60,887 nt of DNA, filler included, from Barthelona sp. PAP020 (GCA_040182905.1; 2 parts of 2 records of this genome joined end to end with filler, not necessarily neighbours in it), one strand, 5' to 3'; counted from the first letter of the whole stretch, positions 21,501 to 30,525 are shown. Made by a program: numbers and translations. The notes: generated by a model from the sequence alone, not told the origin.

Positions 21501-21975
21501 CAAAGACATGTTATCGTGTGTTGGTTTAGAAGATCCTTTGATCACAATCAGCCGTTTGCCACCGACTTTCCCCTTCATTGAAATCATTTTGTTTGGTATG
21601 TTGCTTCATTCCTTGGAAAGGCTCATTGTTGATCCTTCATGGGGAACATTAGTTTGGGATGATAAAAGATGGGTAACTTTAGATGGTACAATTTTAGCTG
21701 TGGGATTTGGTGTTATCTTGAAACAGTTTCATCAAGGCAGTTCTGAACGATTCTTTGGTATCTGTTTTCAATATATTCGTTGGTTAATTTTTGAAAACGA
21801 AACAAACCAATTGAGATTGTTAAATAAAAAAGAATTTGGCATTGATTTGCCCGAAGAATGTATCAAATTATGTATATTTTTACAAACTATGTTGCTATTT
21901 GGAAAATTTGATGTGGATTCAATGTTCAAAAGTTTGCCAAAAATGGTTTTTGAGAGATTTTTTGTCAAAAAATAA
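18514..21975 (+). CDS. WASHC5: Strumpellin, WASH complex subunit 5
   Basis: NPCGFNLLQLCSRGNAILAELFRLS, VIRERIIISFYRY, IVDKFFTDNWVISIYMG, DLSYAW, LLDGIKRELV, ILKQFH. Confidence 0.96.
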   Translation: MSLSKSNPCGFNLLQLCSRGNAILAELFRLSERIPSIFYLDSKEDISLYKKIIFDFSYLDKIDLYEYEIHSNPELSDIDTDFPQIHGTIIKRIFKLFESIAKYYQDLMGFIDEVQEGVFLQYSFENILQDGEMRQVLCESIYLFGCMLLLLDVHFPGVIRERIIISFYRYNGGSDLDNFNDVLHLCRRTDYDSTKVEQKKGYPEKFFNRFEIPKSLVRMVVGSLRSCDLYELLSAYPDADHRTVALSRQSAVLGVILYFDDSILNNDHSAMRSIVDKFFTDNWVISIYMGHLFDLQVQWRYYKAAKDALNNTLNGNLVLLNDRYASEFEACIKELDDLLVEGVLSEEYVLSHIQPLIDIVRRSNVTLRYYLLTMNAYSSKYREKALGTMNKNQLLNLLLKTSELEHELIDIIERVLKTSEDRFAQLKKRASTAILELGTFFNGSSNLQGITKNDAIVKWSSDISNNILSVNMNDSMNASRTIDRLIFAIADIETKTSDVERSVPKQLRTDARDYLKKMHRILLVSKSNLTKIRIATDLSYAWRVLPVFVTLIQQRIEADAKLIIPLRSLFLKLVSVLDLPLMRITQSQSDDLVSVANVYSSMLLRFVKNILQIIPEAIFKHLNTIAQILQTELKPLESEIPRNSILDVAQTDVRFKLANLTNDVCVLARGILAMKKTFVGAVELNPKEMLLDGIKRELVKQISFCLNDLVFNKKGNDFDEVVAKVRNRLISLQTSLEYIQDYATLPGMHVWYTQYDRVVNFFVDKECSKFLAISPSSAMYDDDLDIPIFNHIDDRLSFVGRLVDILINPLLEDSTTFVLHHLAFMNRETRAYVLGLHNLFDIINGLGQTMLNGIDRYLGFHTVAQLNIFYRKCLKRLDPAVREGFSNAWLSFYPLKCQPKHPKLYESIKNWTSVWYKRYTPYVMRMGINTLFRFLIRVETSYVSNSKALHLKNSLKVVNNALFRDFKEKIEHKDSCDYFPGGSDDQPFNFEFLSLFKDMLSCVGLEDPLITISRLPPTFPFIEIILFGMLLHSLERLIVDPSWGTLVWDDKRWVTLDGTILAVGFGVILKQFHQGSSERFFGICFQYIRWLIFENETNQLRLLNKKEFGIDLPEECIKLCIFLQTMLLFGKFDVDSMFKSLPKMVFERFFVKK

Positions 21976-22269
21976 AGTACCATGATTTTTGATTTTTGTG
22001 TTGCAGGCAAAAAAACAGTCTTTAAAATTCGACAAATTCGTAAATATTTATTGTAATTAGTTTTTTCACACCTAATGTGTTTGTCTATAAAGTGAATATC
22101 TTAATTTCCAAGTGAAATAATCATTTTGGTCTTATTCATTGTGCTTGAAAAACATTTGATGCAAAGTTGACAACGTTTCCTTGCAAAAACACACTTTCTT
22201 AAAATCAAGTGAAAGAAAAAATGAAAATTGACCATGAGAAAATGGGCAATCACAAATTTTTATCTCAAA

Positions 22270-23589
22270 ATGTCTGAAGAAATAGAAACTAATGTGGATG
22301 TATCGAAATATATAACACAAATTCAAGAATTAAAAGAAGAAATTCATGAATTAAAAAAAAATGAAAAACAAGAATTAAAAGATATAAAAGAACAATTAAT
22401 TGATGCAATTAGAGCTAAAGAATCAACTGCATCAGATTTCATTCAATTACAAAGTGAATTATCTGAAGAAAAGTCAAATATTGTTAAAATGACTGCAAAA
22501 ATGAACAATGTTCAAACTAGTTATCGAGATTTGATGGTAAATTATTCAAAGATATTACTTTCTATGATGGACTTGGGAAATAGTCTTCATAATAGAGTTG
22601 GAAGTGATGTTAAACCTATGGAAATTGACATGAAGAATGAATTGAATTTACCTGAGGTTGATGATGTTATCTATCATGTATCAAAAGGTGCCACTCTTAC
22701 TGTTGATCTATTAGATGTGTTGAATGACGTTTTACAAACAAAAGAGGATGAAATTGATTTATTCCATAATAGAGAAAAAGAAATGACTAATAAATTAACA
22801 AGAATGTTTGATCGAATGAAAATTGCAGAAGACACTGTTGTTGGATGTGAAAAGAGGATTCATGATGAAGTGAAAGAACAATTTGAAATGCTGAAAAGTA
22901 GGTTGGTTGAAGTTAGCGATGAACGAGATGATTTATTGAAAGAAAAGGAAACACAGAAAGCAACTATTGATGTATTGAAAAAAGAACTGTCTGATTTGTG
23001 TGAACAACTTGAAATTGCAAAAGATTCTTTGAAAGATCAAATGGATGTAAAGATAGATATTGATACTCGAATTAGAGAAGTGGCATCTGAAGTGACTCAA
23101 CAATTAACAATAAATGCTGAAAGACAAAGAGAAAAACATGAGAAATATGTGACCAAAACTCGTGATCAAATTCTTATTTTGGAAGAAAAAATTAAAGAAC
23201 TTGAGTTGGAAAATATGAACCTTGATCGACATCTTGTAATTTCTAGAGAGATCTCTAAATATGTAAAGAAAGGTGGTTCTAATGACTTAGTTCAAAGTTT
23301 AATCAACAATGTACATATGTTAGAAAATGAGGTATCAATTGTGAATGATAAGAATCAACAATTAAAATATGAGTTAGAAAGTTTGAAGAAAAAGTTAAAA
23401 AGCAACAAAAGCAACAGAATAAAACCTTCTATTCCTTCAAAACAGTCCAAAGACATTGATCATTCTAATGAAATTCATCAGGTGAATGAAAAAATGATGG
23501 AAGAAGCTAACACAACGCCTGGTATTGCTAAAGTTGCCTCACCTGATAAACGATTGATTATGAACGATGAATTACCTGAAAATTGGTGA
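22270..23589 (+). CDS. Coiled-coil protein of unknown function
   Basis: Long E/K/L heptad-rich ORF; probable ATG at 22270. Confidence 0.75.
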   Translation: MSEEIETNVDVSKYITQIQELKEEIHELKKNEKQELKDIKEQLIDAIRAKESTASDFIQLQSELSEEKSNIVKMTAKMNNVQTSYRDLMVNYSKILLSMMDLGNSLHNRVGSDVKPMEIDMKNELNLPEVDDVIYHVSKGATLTVDLLDVLNDVLQTKEDEIDLFHNREKEMTNKLTRMFDRMKIAEDTVVGCEKRIHDEVKEQFEMLKSRLVEVSDERDDLLKEKETQKATIDVLKKELSDLCEQLEIAKDSLKDQMDVKIDIDTRIREVASEVTQQLTINAERQREKHEKYVTKTRDQILILEEKIKELELENMNLDRHLVISREISKYVKKGGSNDLVQSLINNVHMLENEVSIVNDKNQQLKYELESLKKKLKSNKSNRIKPSIPSKQSKDIDHSNEIHQVNEKMMEEANTTPGIAKVASPDKRLIMNDELPENW

Positions 23590-23603
23590 AAAGAAAAGCA
23601 AAA

Positions 23604-24848
23604 TTAATTATCTTTGCTACAATACAATTGTATAATTCTTTCTTTGATATGTAAAGGAATGCTTGATCTCAGCAACAGTTTATTTTTTGATAGATTTTGA
23701 AAAAAAACTTGACAATCTTCACTTAACTCCTCAAATGAAAGATTTAACTTGAAAAAAGTGTTGAATATGTCATTGATAACGTTCTCATCAACATGTTCAA
23801 AGGAAAAAATGTTTTGAACAAAATAAAGACAAAATTCAACACCTTTTATTCGCTGAAAATGAAGGGCACAATGTTTCATTTTAAGAATGTTCAAAGAAAT
23901 TTCATTGTAAACAACCATTAATTTATAAGAATTAACTGAACAATTATCATTACCTAAAACATAAAGGAGAAACGCATGAAATGTATTGTCAAATAACCTC
24001 CAATTTCGTGGTTCAAAACTTTGTACAACATTTTGCTCAACACTTTGTTCGACAAACTGAATTTTGTGAAGAAAGAAATAAAACACTCGTTCAATACAAT
24101 CATCGTTGATAAAAAATTCCTTTCTTTCAATCAAGTATTTAATGGCTAAGAGTAAACTATCCATCGGAATTTCGGTATCCAAAAGCATCATAAAAGCGCT
24201 ATATTTGATGTTTACATCAATATCGTTGATCGAGGTTACTATTTGATAAAACAATTGATAGTCATCTGTCGATACAACCTCTAACCCATCAAAATGTTCT
24301 TCGTCTTCATATGTATCGTATGTTTGAGATTGCATCTGTAAAGATTGACTTAGCAAAGACTCAACCAACAAACTATCAGGCATATTTGATGGACTATTAT
24401 TCTCCAACTTTAAATCAATATTCTTAACCATCAAACGAATCAACATCTGATACTTACTGAACTTTCCAATTTTCGATAAATAACTTTCCATCTTTTCTCG
24501 ACATGCTAAAAGATCATCTTCATCTTTGGATACAATGTACAACTTATAATACAATAAACAAATAGAAGACTGACAAAAACCAATTATGCTATGTAATTGA
24601 CTTTTATCACTCTTTTCAAAAATTAAAAGTTCTGCATTTTCAATTATAGACAAGCAAAAATATTTTGTATTTGGTATGTTAATAAAGTATGGAATCAATA
24701 ACTCGATTAATTCTTTTGATATTCTAAGTAAATCAATAAAATAAGAAGAAGATATTTTTGGCAAACAATTAAGACATAATTGAAAAGTATATTTAAATTG
24801 ATTAAATGTATTAATAAATACATCTTTTCCATAAATATTTGTTATCAT
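23604..24848 (-). CDS. Hypothetical helical protein
   Basis: 414-aa ORF with no recognised motif; stop codon lies 14 bp from the convergent neighbour. Confidence 0.7.
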   Translation of the reverse strand: MITNIYGKDVFINTFNQFKYTFQLCLNCLPKISSSYFIDLLRISKELIELLIPYFINIPNTKYFCLSIIENAELLIFEKSDKSQLHSIIGFCQSSICLLYYKLYIVSKDEDDLLACREKMESYLSKIGKFSKYQMLIRLMVKNIDLKLENNSPSNMPDSLLVESLLSQSLQMQSQTYDTYEDEEHFDGLEVVSTDDYQLFYQIVTSINDIDVNIKYSAFMMLLDTEIPMDSLLLAIKYLIERKEFFINDDCIERVFYFFLHKIQFVEQSVEQNVVQSFEPRNWRLFDNTFHAFLLYVLGNDNCSVNSYKLMVVYNEISLNILKMKHCALHFQRIKGVEFCLYFVQNIFSFEHVDENVINDIFNTFFKLNLSFEELSEDCQVFFQNLSKNKLLLRSSIPLHIKERIIQLYCSKDN

Positions 24849-24972
24849 ATCTTCAATTTGTTAAATCAGAGATTCATTTAATGAAAAAAAAAAAGCAATC
24901 CAATTTTTTTTTCCATTTTTTCATTCTTTTTTAGTTTTTGAATATTTTTAATGCGTTTATATTAAAAGAATA

Positions 24973-25728
24973 ATGAATTCGTTAAATAATCGAGAAAAAT
25001 TAGAATACTTTTTATGTTTTCCCAAATCAGAATTATATACAATTTTACAAACTTGTGAATTTTTCTTTGGTATCAATGAAAACGAAAAATATTCATTTGA
25101 AACAATATTTGACTTGTCAGAAAATGAATATTTTTCTCAAAAACGCAAATATTTGAATCCTTTAATCAAAAGTAAAATATTTGTTGAATCAAATGATATA
25201 AATGATTCAATTTTAGAACAACAATGTATTGAACCATCTTCAATAACAGATTGGTCAAAAATAAGTATGAAAAGAAGATTCGACATTTTCAACACATTTT
25301 TACAAAATTATCCTCCTGTTTTTGAAATTTTGGAAATTTCAGAAGATTCTGACTCTAATGATTCCAACAACATTGAAATACAAACCCCTTTTGGAAAAAT
25401 GTTATGCAACTATAGATTGACATATAACATTCAAATATCTTCATTGGCTCTATTAAATGATTTGGGTAAGATTAAACCAAAGACCAATTTGTTAACTCAT
25501 AGTTTCTTTTACAATAAATATCATTTGGAAGTTGAAATTTTCGAATTTTATTCCGTTGATATTGAGACAAATGAACAAACTAATCCGTTTGAACAATTTA
25601 CTTTAAAAATATCACAGATTGGGGATTCATTCAACAGTCGTTTTTTTTTATTTTTGAGCCATTTGTATAATAATGTTGAAAATGAGAAATCATGTTTAAA
25701 ATTGAAGAAAAAGGATCCAAGATTTTAG
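24973..25728 (+). CDS. Hypothetical protein, possible divergent CENP-N-like
   Basis: 251-aa ORF; N-terminal FPKSELYTILQTCEFF recalls the CENP-N P..EL.TIL..W.FL motif; tentative. Confidence 0.6.
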   Translation: MNSLNNREKLEYFLCFPKSELYTILQTCEFFFGINENEKYSFETIFDLSENEYFSQKRKYLNPLIKSKIFVESNDINDSILEQQCIEPSSITDWSKISMKRRFDIFNTFLQNYPPVFEILEISEDSDSNDSNNIEIQTPFGKMLCNYRLTYNIQISSLALLNDLGKIKPKTNLLTHSFFYNKYHLEVEIFEFYSVDIETNEQTNPFEQFTLKISQIGDSFNSRFFLFLSHLYNNVENEKSCLKLKKKDPRF

Positions 25729-25969
25729 AGAAAAAAATTGAATTGATAAATCGTTGAAATGAAAAAAAAAAAATTTTTTTTTTTTGTTGTCTTTATTGTA
25801 ATATTATAGACATTTTAGCATATTATATTGTGTAATAATATCATATTACTGGAGATATGGAGATTAAAATGAACTGTGTATAATATGAAGTTTTTTACGA
25901 ATGAAAATAGATGATATTTCATTTATTATACAGTATTAATTTCACCATAATTAATGATTAATATAACTA

Positions 25970-28795
25970 ATGAAAGATTTGACAGTTAGGAAAAATGAAA
26001 ATTCTTTAATTGTACCAAAAATTGTCATCACAATCTTACAATTACACAGTTTAAGTTTTTTATCAACCAAACGATGGTATATTTCACAAATATTACTTAC
26101 AATAATTTATTTTTTTAATGTTTTCAATCCATATTTCGATTTAATTCTGTACGTCAAGATTTTCACCCATTTTGTAGTTCCACTTGTAATAATAGAAAGC
26201 AAAAGTATTCTTTCATATGAAAGTGTTGTTGGAATATTCATAACATGGTTTATTCTGATGGCTTTTAGTTTTTTTTATTACCAATTGAAAAATAATAACC
26301 TGATGATGAAATATCTTGAGAACTTAATCACTTTGATTGGCATTTACATTACCACATACATTTACAAGACTACAATCATCGTTGATTGGTATGAAATCGA
26401 GAAATTGTTTGGAATTGTTATAAGTTTGTCGTTACCGCTAATTTATTTCATCACATGGGCAAGAACCATTTCTATTATTGAAAATGAGTCCGTTGAAGCG
26501 ATAATTAACCTTTATTGCTTCTATTTTTCTCTATTAAACCCTTCTATTGTACGTGTTTTATATAATTATCTTGATTTACCTTGGGATTATATCGACATAC
26601 GAAAAATAAAAGAATTGAGGACTTCTTATGAAGTCATTTCCACTAAAAGAGAAATATTCGTGAAAAACAGTATGGCCATGTTGTCTGTGTCAACCCTTGA
26701 TGTCGAGCCCTTTGTTGCTTATGATACATATAAGATGGTCGATGATTTAGACGATATTTTATGCTTACATGGTTTCATTAGGACTCAATATAATGGAGCT
26801 ATTTGTTGTTACACCATAGATCCTGATGAACTAATAGATGTTGAAGAAAATGAAAGACTATTTGTATCATTGATTAAGGCTTTTGCTGTTGCTTTTGAAA
26901 TAAGAGCAAGAGCTCCTCATTTTTCTTCCATGTATTTTGTTATAGGTTGTGGAGATACTGTAATAACATATCCTGGAGAAAAACAACCATCTTTGAATAT
27001 AAGTGGGAAATCAATACAAAGGGCCATTAAAGCGATAAAATTTGCAACAAAAATGGATAAAACCATTGTTATTTCTGCTCGTGTACGAGATATATTGAAT
27101 TTCCATGGAATATTTTGTTCTGCTGCACCTCCCGAAACCCCTTTTTTGTCTTTGGATTCTGTCGGTTTGGAAAAATTGCTTCTAAGCAATGAAACCACCA
27201 ATAAACTCTTACAATATAATGTTGAAACTAAACCTCGGGAAATTTATGAAAAGGATAAACTAATGTTATTTACTTCTATAAAGCCCTATATCATGAATAA
27301 CGTTGATATATCTAAAGATAAATTTTTGAATGGAGAAAATGTTCCTTTGATATCAGAAATTACTGAGACATTATTTGAAAAGTATTCATCGAATGAATTA
27401 GAATGTGTCAGAGCACTTTGTTGTTTATACATAATTTTTTTGTTACAAGATTCTAAAACCTTATTAAAACTTTTGTTAATGTTTCTTTATTTTGTTTCAT
27501 TAGTGAATGTTATTATGGTAACTAAAATGAAGAAGAAGAAGAGAAGGAAGTATTGGAGACTCGATCTCTTTTCCTTTCTATTTGTTTGCATGATAATTTT
27601 GATAAATTTTTATCCAATAAATTTCAACGAAAATATATCCACAATTTTCAGAGATTTTAATGAGAATATTGTAGAATCCAGGGTGATTCTAGCAATATTC
27701 ATGTTAATTACTACCTCAACGTATTTTATTGATGTTTTTATAAATCATTTTAAATCATTCAACATGTTATTGTTTATTTCATGTTTATTTGGTTTAATGG
27801 GTTTATTTCAATTGTATTTTGATATAATCAAAGGTTTAACTTTCCTTATCTTTTTTATATCTCCATTAATCACAAGTTTTTTGTCTATGGGATTGAGATT
27901 ATTAAAAGCAAAGACAAAAACTTTTACAAATATTAAAGAAATGAAACGTTTGGAAGAATCAATGTGTCGTGTGTTTGATAAACGTAGCACTGCCTTCTTC
28001 TTTTATAAAATCTTCGATTTACGTATTAAAGAGAGTCAAGAACTAAAAAATATTAAGTCTATCGAATTAATTACAAAAGATAGTATAGTAGGAATTGTCT
28101 TATTCCATTTTGAACCCAATTTTCATTCATCAAAATCTCATATCTATAAGAGAGATGTTTTATTAAGTCGATATTCTATGTCTTGGTTTGATGATTTGTT
28201 TGATATTAGAAGCAAATACTTTACCATAAGGATCTCAATTTTATTTTCCACGTATATTTCTATTCACACCAATCGTACTAACAAAATTTTTGATGATGAT
28301 GAAAAGATTGTTGATGAAAGAATTAAACAATTCATTTCTATTTGTGAATTCTTTTCCTTTCTACTGTATTTAAAAGATCACTTTTCTCAAGCTAAGAATA
28401 GCATGAATTGGCCTTTTATTGGAAAATTTTTTTGTTATTCTTCAATAGACGATATTACTGCTACATTTTCCTGTGAAAATTATCCAAATTCTTTCATCTT
28501 TTGTCAACAATTTAATAAGGCCATGGAATATTATAATTTTGATCCTATTCTATTGGTTTCTTTAAAATTAGCTTACACTTTCAAAAAATTATTTGATTAT
28601 GTAAAACAATGTGTCAAACAGAATGATGAAGTCATTGATTTCTTCAAGGCTATTCGTTTTCCCCTCCAAATTTTCGATCCACAGAAATTTCACAAAATTA
28701 AACCTTATGTTCCTTTCATTTATAAATTTAAGTTTTCTGATCCTTTAGTTGAAATACCCGACTGTTGTATTTTATTAGACGATTGTTATGATTGA
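25970..28795 (+). CDS. Multi-pass membrane protein with two degenerate class III nucleotidyl-cyclase-like domains
   Basis: TM block, then DDLDDILCLHG...IGCGDTVITYPGEKQPSLNISGKSIQRA...IVIS. Second TM block, then VGIVLF...FDDLF...FSTYIS. Confidence 0.7.
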   Translation: MKDLTVRKNENSLIVPKIVITILQLHSLSFLSTKRWYISQILLTIIYFFNVFNPYFDLILYVKIFTHFVVPLVIIESKSILSYESVVGIFITWFILMAFSFFYYQLKNNNLMMKYLENLITLIGIYITTYIYKTTIIVDWYEIEKLFGIVISLSLPLIYFITWARTISIIENESVEAIINLYCFYFSLLNPSIVRVLYNYLDLPWDYIDIRKIKELRTSYEVISTKREIFVKNSMAMLSVSTLDVEPFVAYDTYKMVDDLDDILCLHGFIRTQYNGAICCYTIDPDELIDVEENERLFVSLIKAFAVAFEIRARAPHFSSMYFVIGCGDTVITYPGEKQPSLNISGKSIQRAIKAIKFATKMDKTIVISARVRDILNFHGIFCSAAPPETPFLSLDSVGLEKLLLSNETTNKLLQYNVETKPREIYEKDKLMLFTSIKPYIMNNVDISKDKFLNGENVPLISEITETLFEKYSSNELECVRALCCLYIIFLLQDSKTLLKLLLMFLYFVSLVNVIMVTKMKKKKRRKYWRLDLFSFLFVCMIILINFYPINFNENISTIFRDFNENIVESRVILAIFMLITTSTYFIDVFINHFKSFNMLLFISCLFGLMGLFQLYFDIIKGLTFLIFFISPLITSFLSMGLRLLKAKTKTFTNIKEMKRLEESMCRVFDKRSTAFFFYKIFDLRIKESQELKNIKSIELITKDSIVGIVLFHFEPNFHSSKSHIYKRDVLLSRYSMSWFDDLFDIRSKYFTIRISILFSTYISIHTNRTNKIFDDDEKIVDERIKQFISICEFFSFLLYLKDHFSQAKNSMNWPFIGKFFCYSSIDDITATFSCENYPNSFIFCQQFNKAMEYYNFDPILLVSLKLAYTFKKLFDYVKQCVKQNDEVIDFFKAIRFPLQIFDPQKFHKIKPYVPFIYKFKFSDPLVEIPDCCILLDDCYD

Positions 28796-29728
28796 TAAAA
28801 TTACTTGATTTCAATTTTTCTTTCCCCTTTTACCACATGAACCAGGGAGTTTGAACCTAAATTAATGTAGCTTAAAAATAGGTTGTTAATAATGAATATT
28901 AGAAGAAATGTGGAATTTGATCTTTATTGTGTTGGTGAAATAAGATGGTTGCTAAGATTGTTGAATTCTCCTTTCTGATTTTGGTATTTTTTATTTGGGC
29001 AAAAGAAGAAGATTTTTTTGAAGTAATTCTTGCTTGATAGTGCTTATTGGAGAACAGATGATTCAAATGGTTCAGTTATCATGTTTCATGTTGAATTCAG
29101 TGAAAATTGTTGGGAAATTGTGTTATTTGTGATGGTTACAAAAGCTCACAGATAGTTTTCTTTTTCTAATTTTAATGAAAGAGCATTTCCAGTTACTCAA
29201 ATAGAGCTGGTCAAATCTGATAAAGAATGGGTACGTCTTTTCTTTTGAGATTCATTTTATGGTTTAATAACCATGATAGAAATTTTATATTGTTTGGGGG
29301 AAGGAGAATAATCAACAAAACCACGAATTCATGGCTTCAAACTTCTTTTTATGAAAACTTTTTCCAGAACTTTCTCAAATCAAAAACTGGAAATTTCAGT
29401 TAACCAATAAATTATGAACCCTAATCTTTATTCTTTTCGGGGGGGGTCCAGAGTTCTTAAAAGGAACCTCTCTTCTTTGAGACCTACTCTTTCATAGGTT
29501 TCATAGGAGAGCTACACCCTAGGCAGGATGTGAACTACTGCGTTATTAGTTGCTCAAAAGAGCTTAACGCTCCGATATTTTTAAAATCTATCCTAGTTGT
29601 GCTAGTTTTCGTGCATTCACCTTGGCAGATCAAAAATTTGGGGGTAGATAAAGGAAAAGTTCCGTACCCTTGAAGAAAAAGGAAGAATTGGAAAATTTCG
29701 ATTCAACAAAAATTACGGACAACCCTCT

Positions 29729-30151
29729 TTTATTAGATATTTATGAGGTATGAGTTGTTCAGTGAACAACGAAACGAGTTAGCTCAAGGTTTGAGAAAAA
29801 CTCATGTGGATTCAGATGCCAAAGTAGCTTAAAAAATAGGATCTTAAGGTGGTCAAGAAACAACAAATATGGGAAGTGATATTTGATGACCTCTTTTTAT
29901 TAGATATTCATAAGCTATGAGTTGTTCAGTGAACAACGAAACGAGTTAGCTTAAGGTTTGGGAAAGAACTCACGTGGATTCAGATGCCCAAGTAACTTAA
30001 AAATTGGACCCTAAGGTGGTCAAGAAACAATAAATAAAGGAAGTGATATTTGATGACCTCTTTATATCTCCAATAAATTCCGTTCATTTTGAGCATGAAC
30101 TTCTACAATATTTCCAGTAAATTCCGTTTATTGAACATGAACTTCCACATT
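29729..30151. repeat. Dispersed non-coding repeat, tandem copies 2 and 3 (A-A-B-B)
   Basis: Period 167 bp (gttgttcagtgaacaac at 29754 and 29921), followed by two ~43-bp units (ata..tcca.taaattccgtt....ga.catgaacttc.aca). Matches 236-447. Confidence 0.95.
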
Positions 30152-30326
30152 TTAACTTGTTTGTAAATTTGAAAATAATTTTTCATTTCATCATTAATTC
30201 ATTCTCAAGCTGTTCTTTCACTGCAAAAAATCACTTTATGTAAAATATTCAAAGAATCTCAATCAATTGAAACATTTGATGTATGAAAATTATTTACCTG
30301 ATATTTTTTATTTAACAATTTCCTTA

Positions 30327-30413
30327 CCGGACTTAGCTCAGTTGGCAGAGCATCTGACTGTAGTAGGCTTTACAGCCATCAGAGGGTCACCAGTTCAACT
30401 CTGGTAGTCCGGA
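30327..30413 (+). tRNA. tRNA-Tyr(GTA) with 14-nt canonical intron (30364-30377)
   Basis: CCGGACT acceptor / GCTC D stem / TCTGA-CT-GTA-G [taggctttacagcc] A-TCAGA / ACCAG-TTCAACT-CTGGT / AGTCCGG-A. Intron TACAG pairs with the anticodon; C1-G72/A73 identity; TTTTTT terminator. Confidence 0.96.
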
Positions 30414-30425
30414 TTTTTTCTCGAA

Positions 30426-30525
30426 NNNNNNNNNNNNNNNNNNNNNNNNNNNNNNNNNNNNNNNNNNNNTTAATTAATTAANNNNNNNNNNNNNNNNNNN
30501 NNNNNNNNNNNNNNNNNNNNNNNNN
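30426..30525. other. Artificial contig-joining spacer (N44-TTAATTAATTAA-N44)
   Basis: Exactly 100 bp and symmetric; the central 12-mer gives stops in all six frames. Confidence 0.95.

Noticed and set aside
28842..28885. B-box-like GGTTCAAAC on the minus strand and a short match to module A (gtagcttaaaaatagg)
   Set aside because: No cloverleaf forms; the match is short, A-rich and has an indel.
29479..29640. U3 snoRNA (GAC..TACT..CATAGG start)
   Set aside because: Box A is incomplete and there is no convincing box C or box D downstream.
29652..29722. RNase P/MRP P4 helix (GGAAAAGTTCCGTA ... TACGGAC)
   Set aside because: Only ~48 nt separate the strands, far too few for the RNase P or MRP core.
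29729..30151. Tandem repeats as a CRISPR array
   Set aside because: The units are wholly repeated with no unique spacers, there are no cas genes, and the context is eukaryotic.
30470..30481. TTAATTAATTAA palindrome as a biological site, and the ORF 30470-30700 ending there
   Set aside because: It is centred in a symmetric N spacer and is a six-frame stop linker; the ORF stop is artificial.
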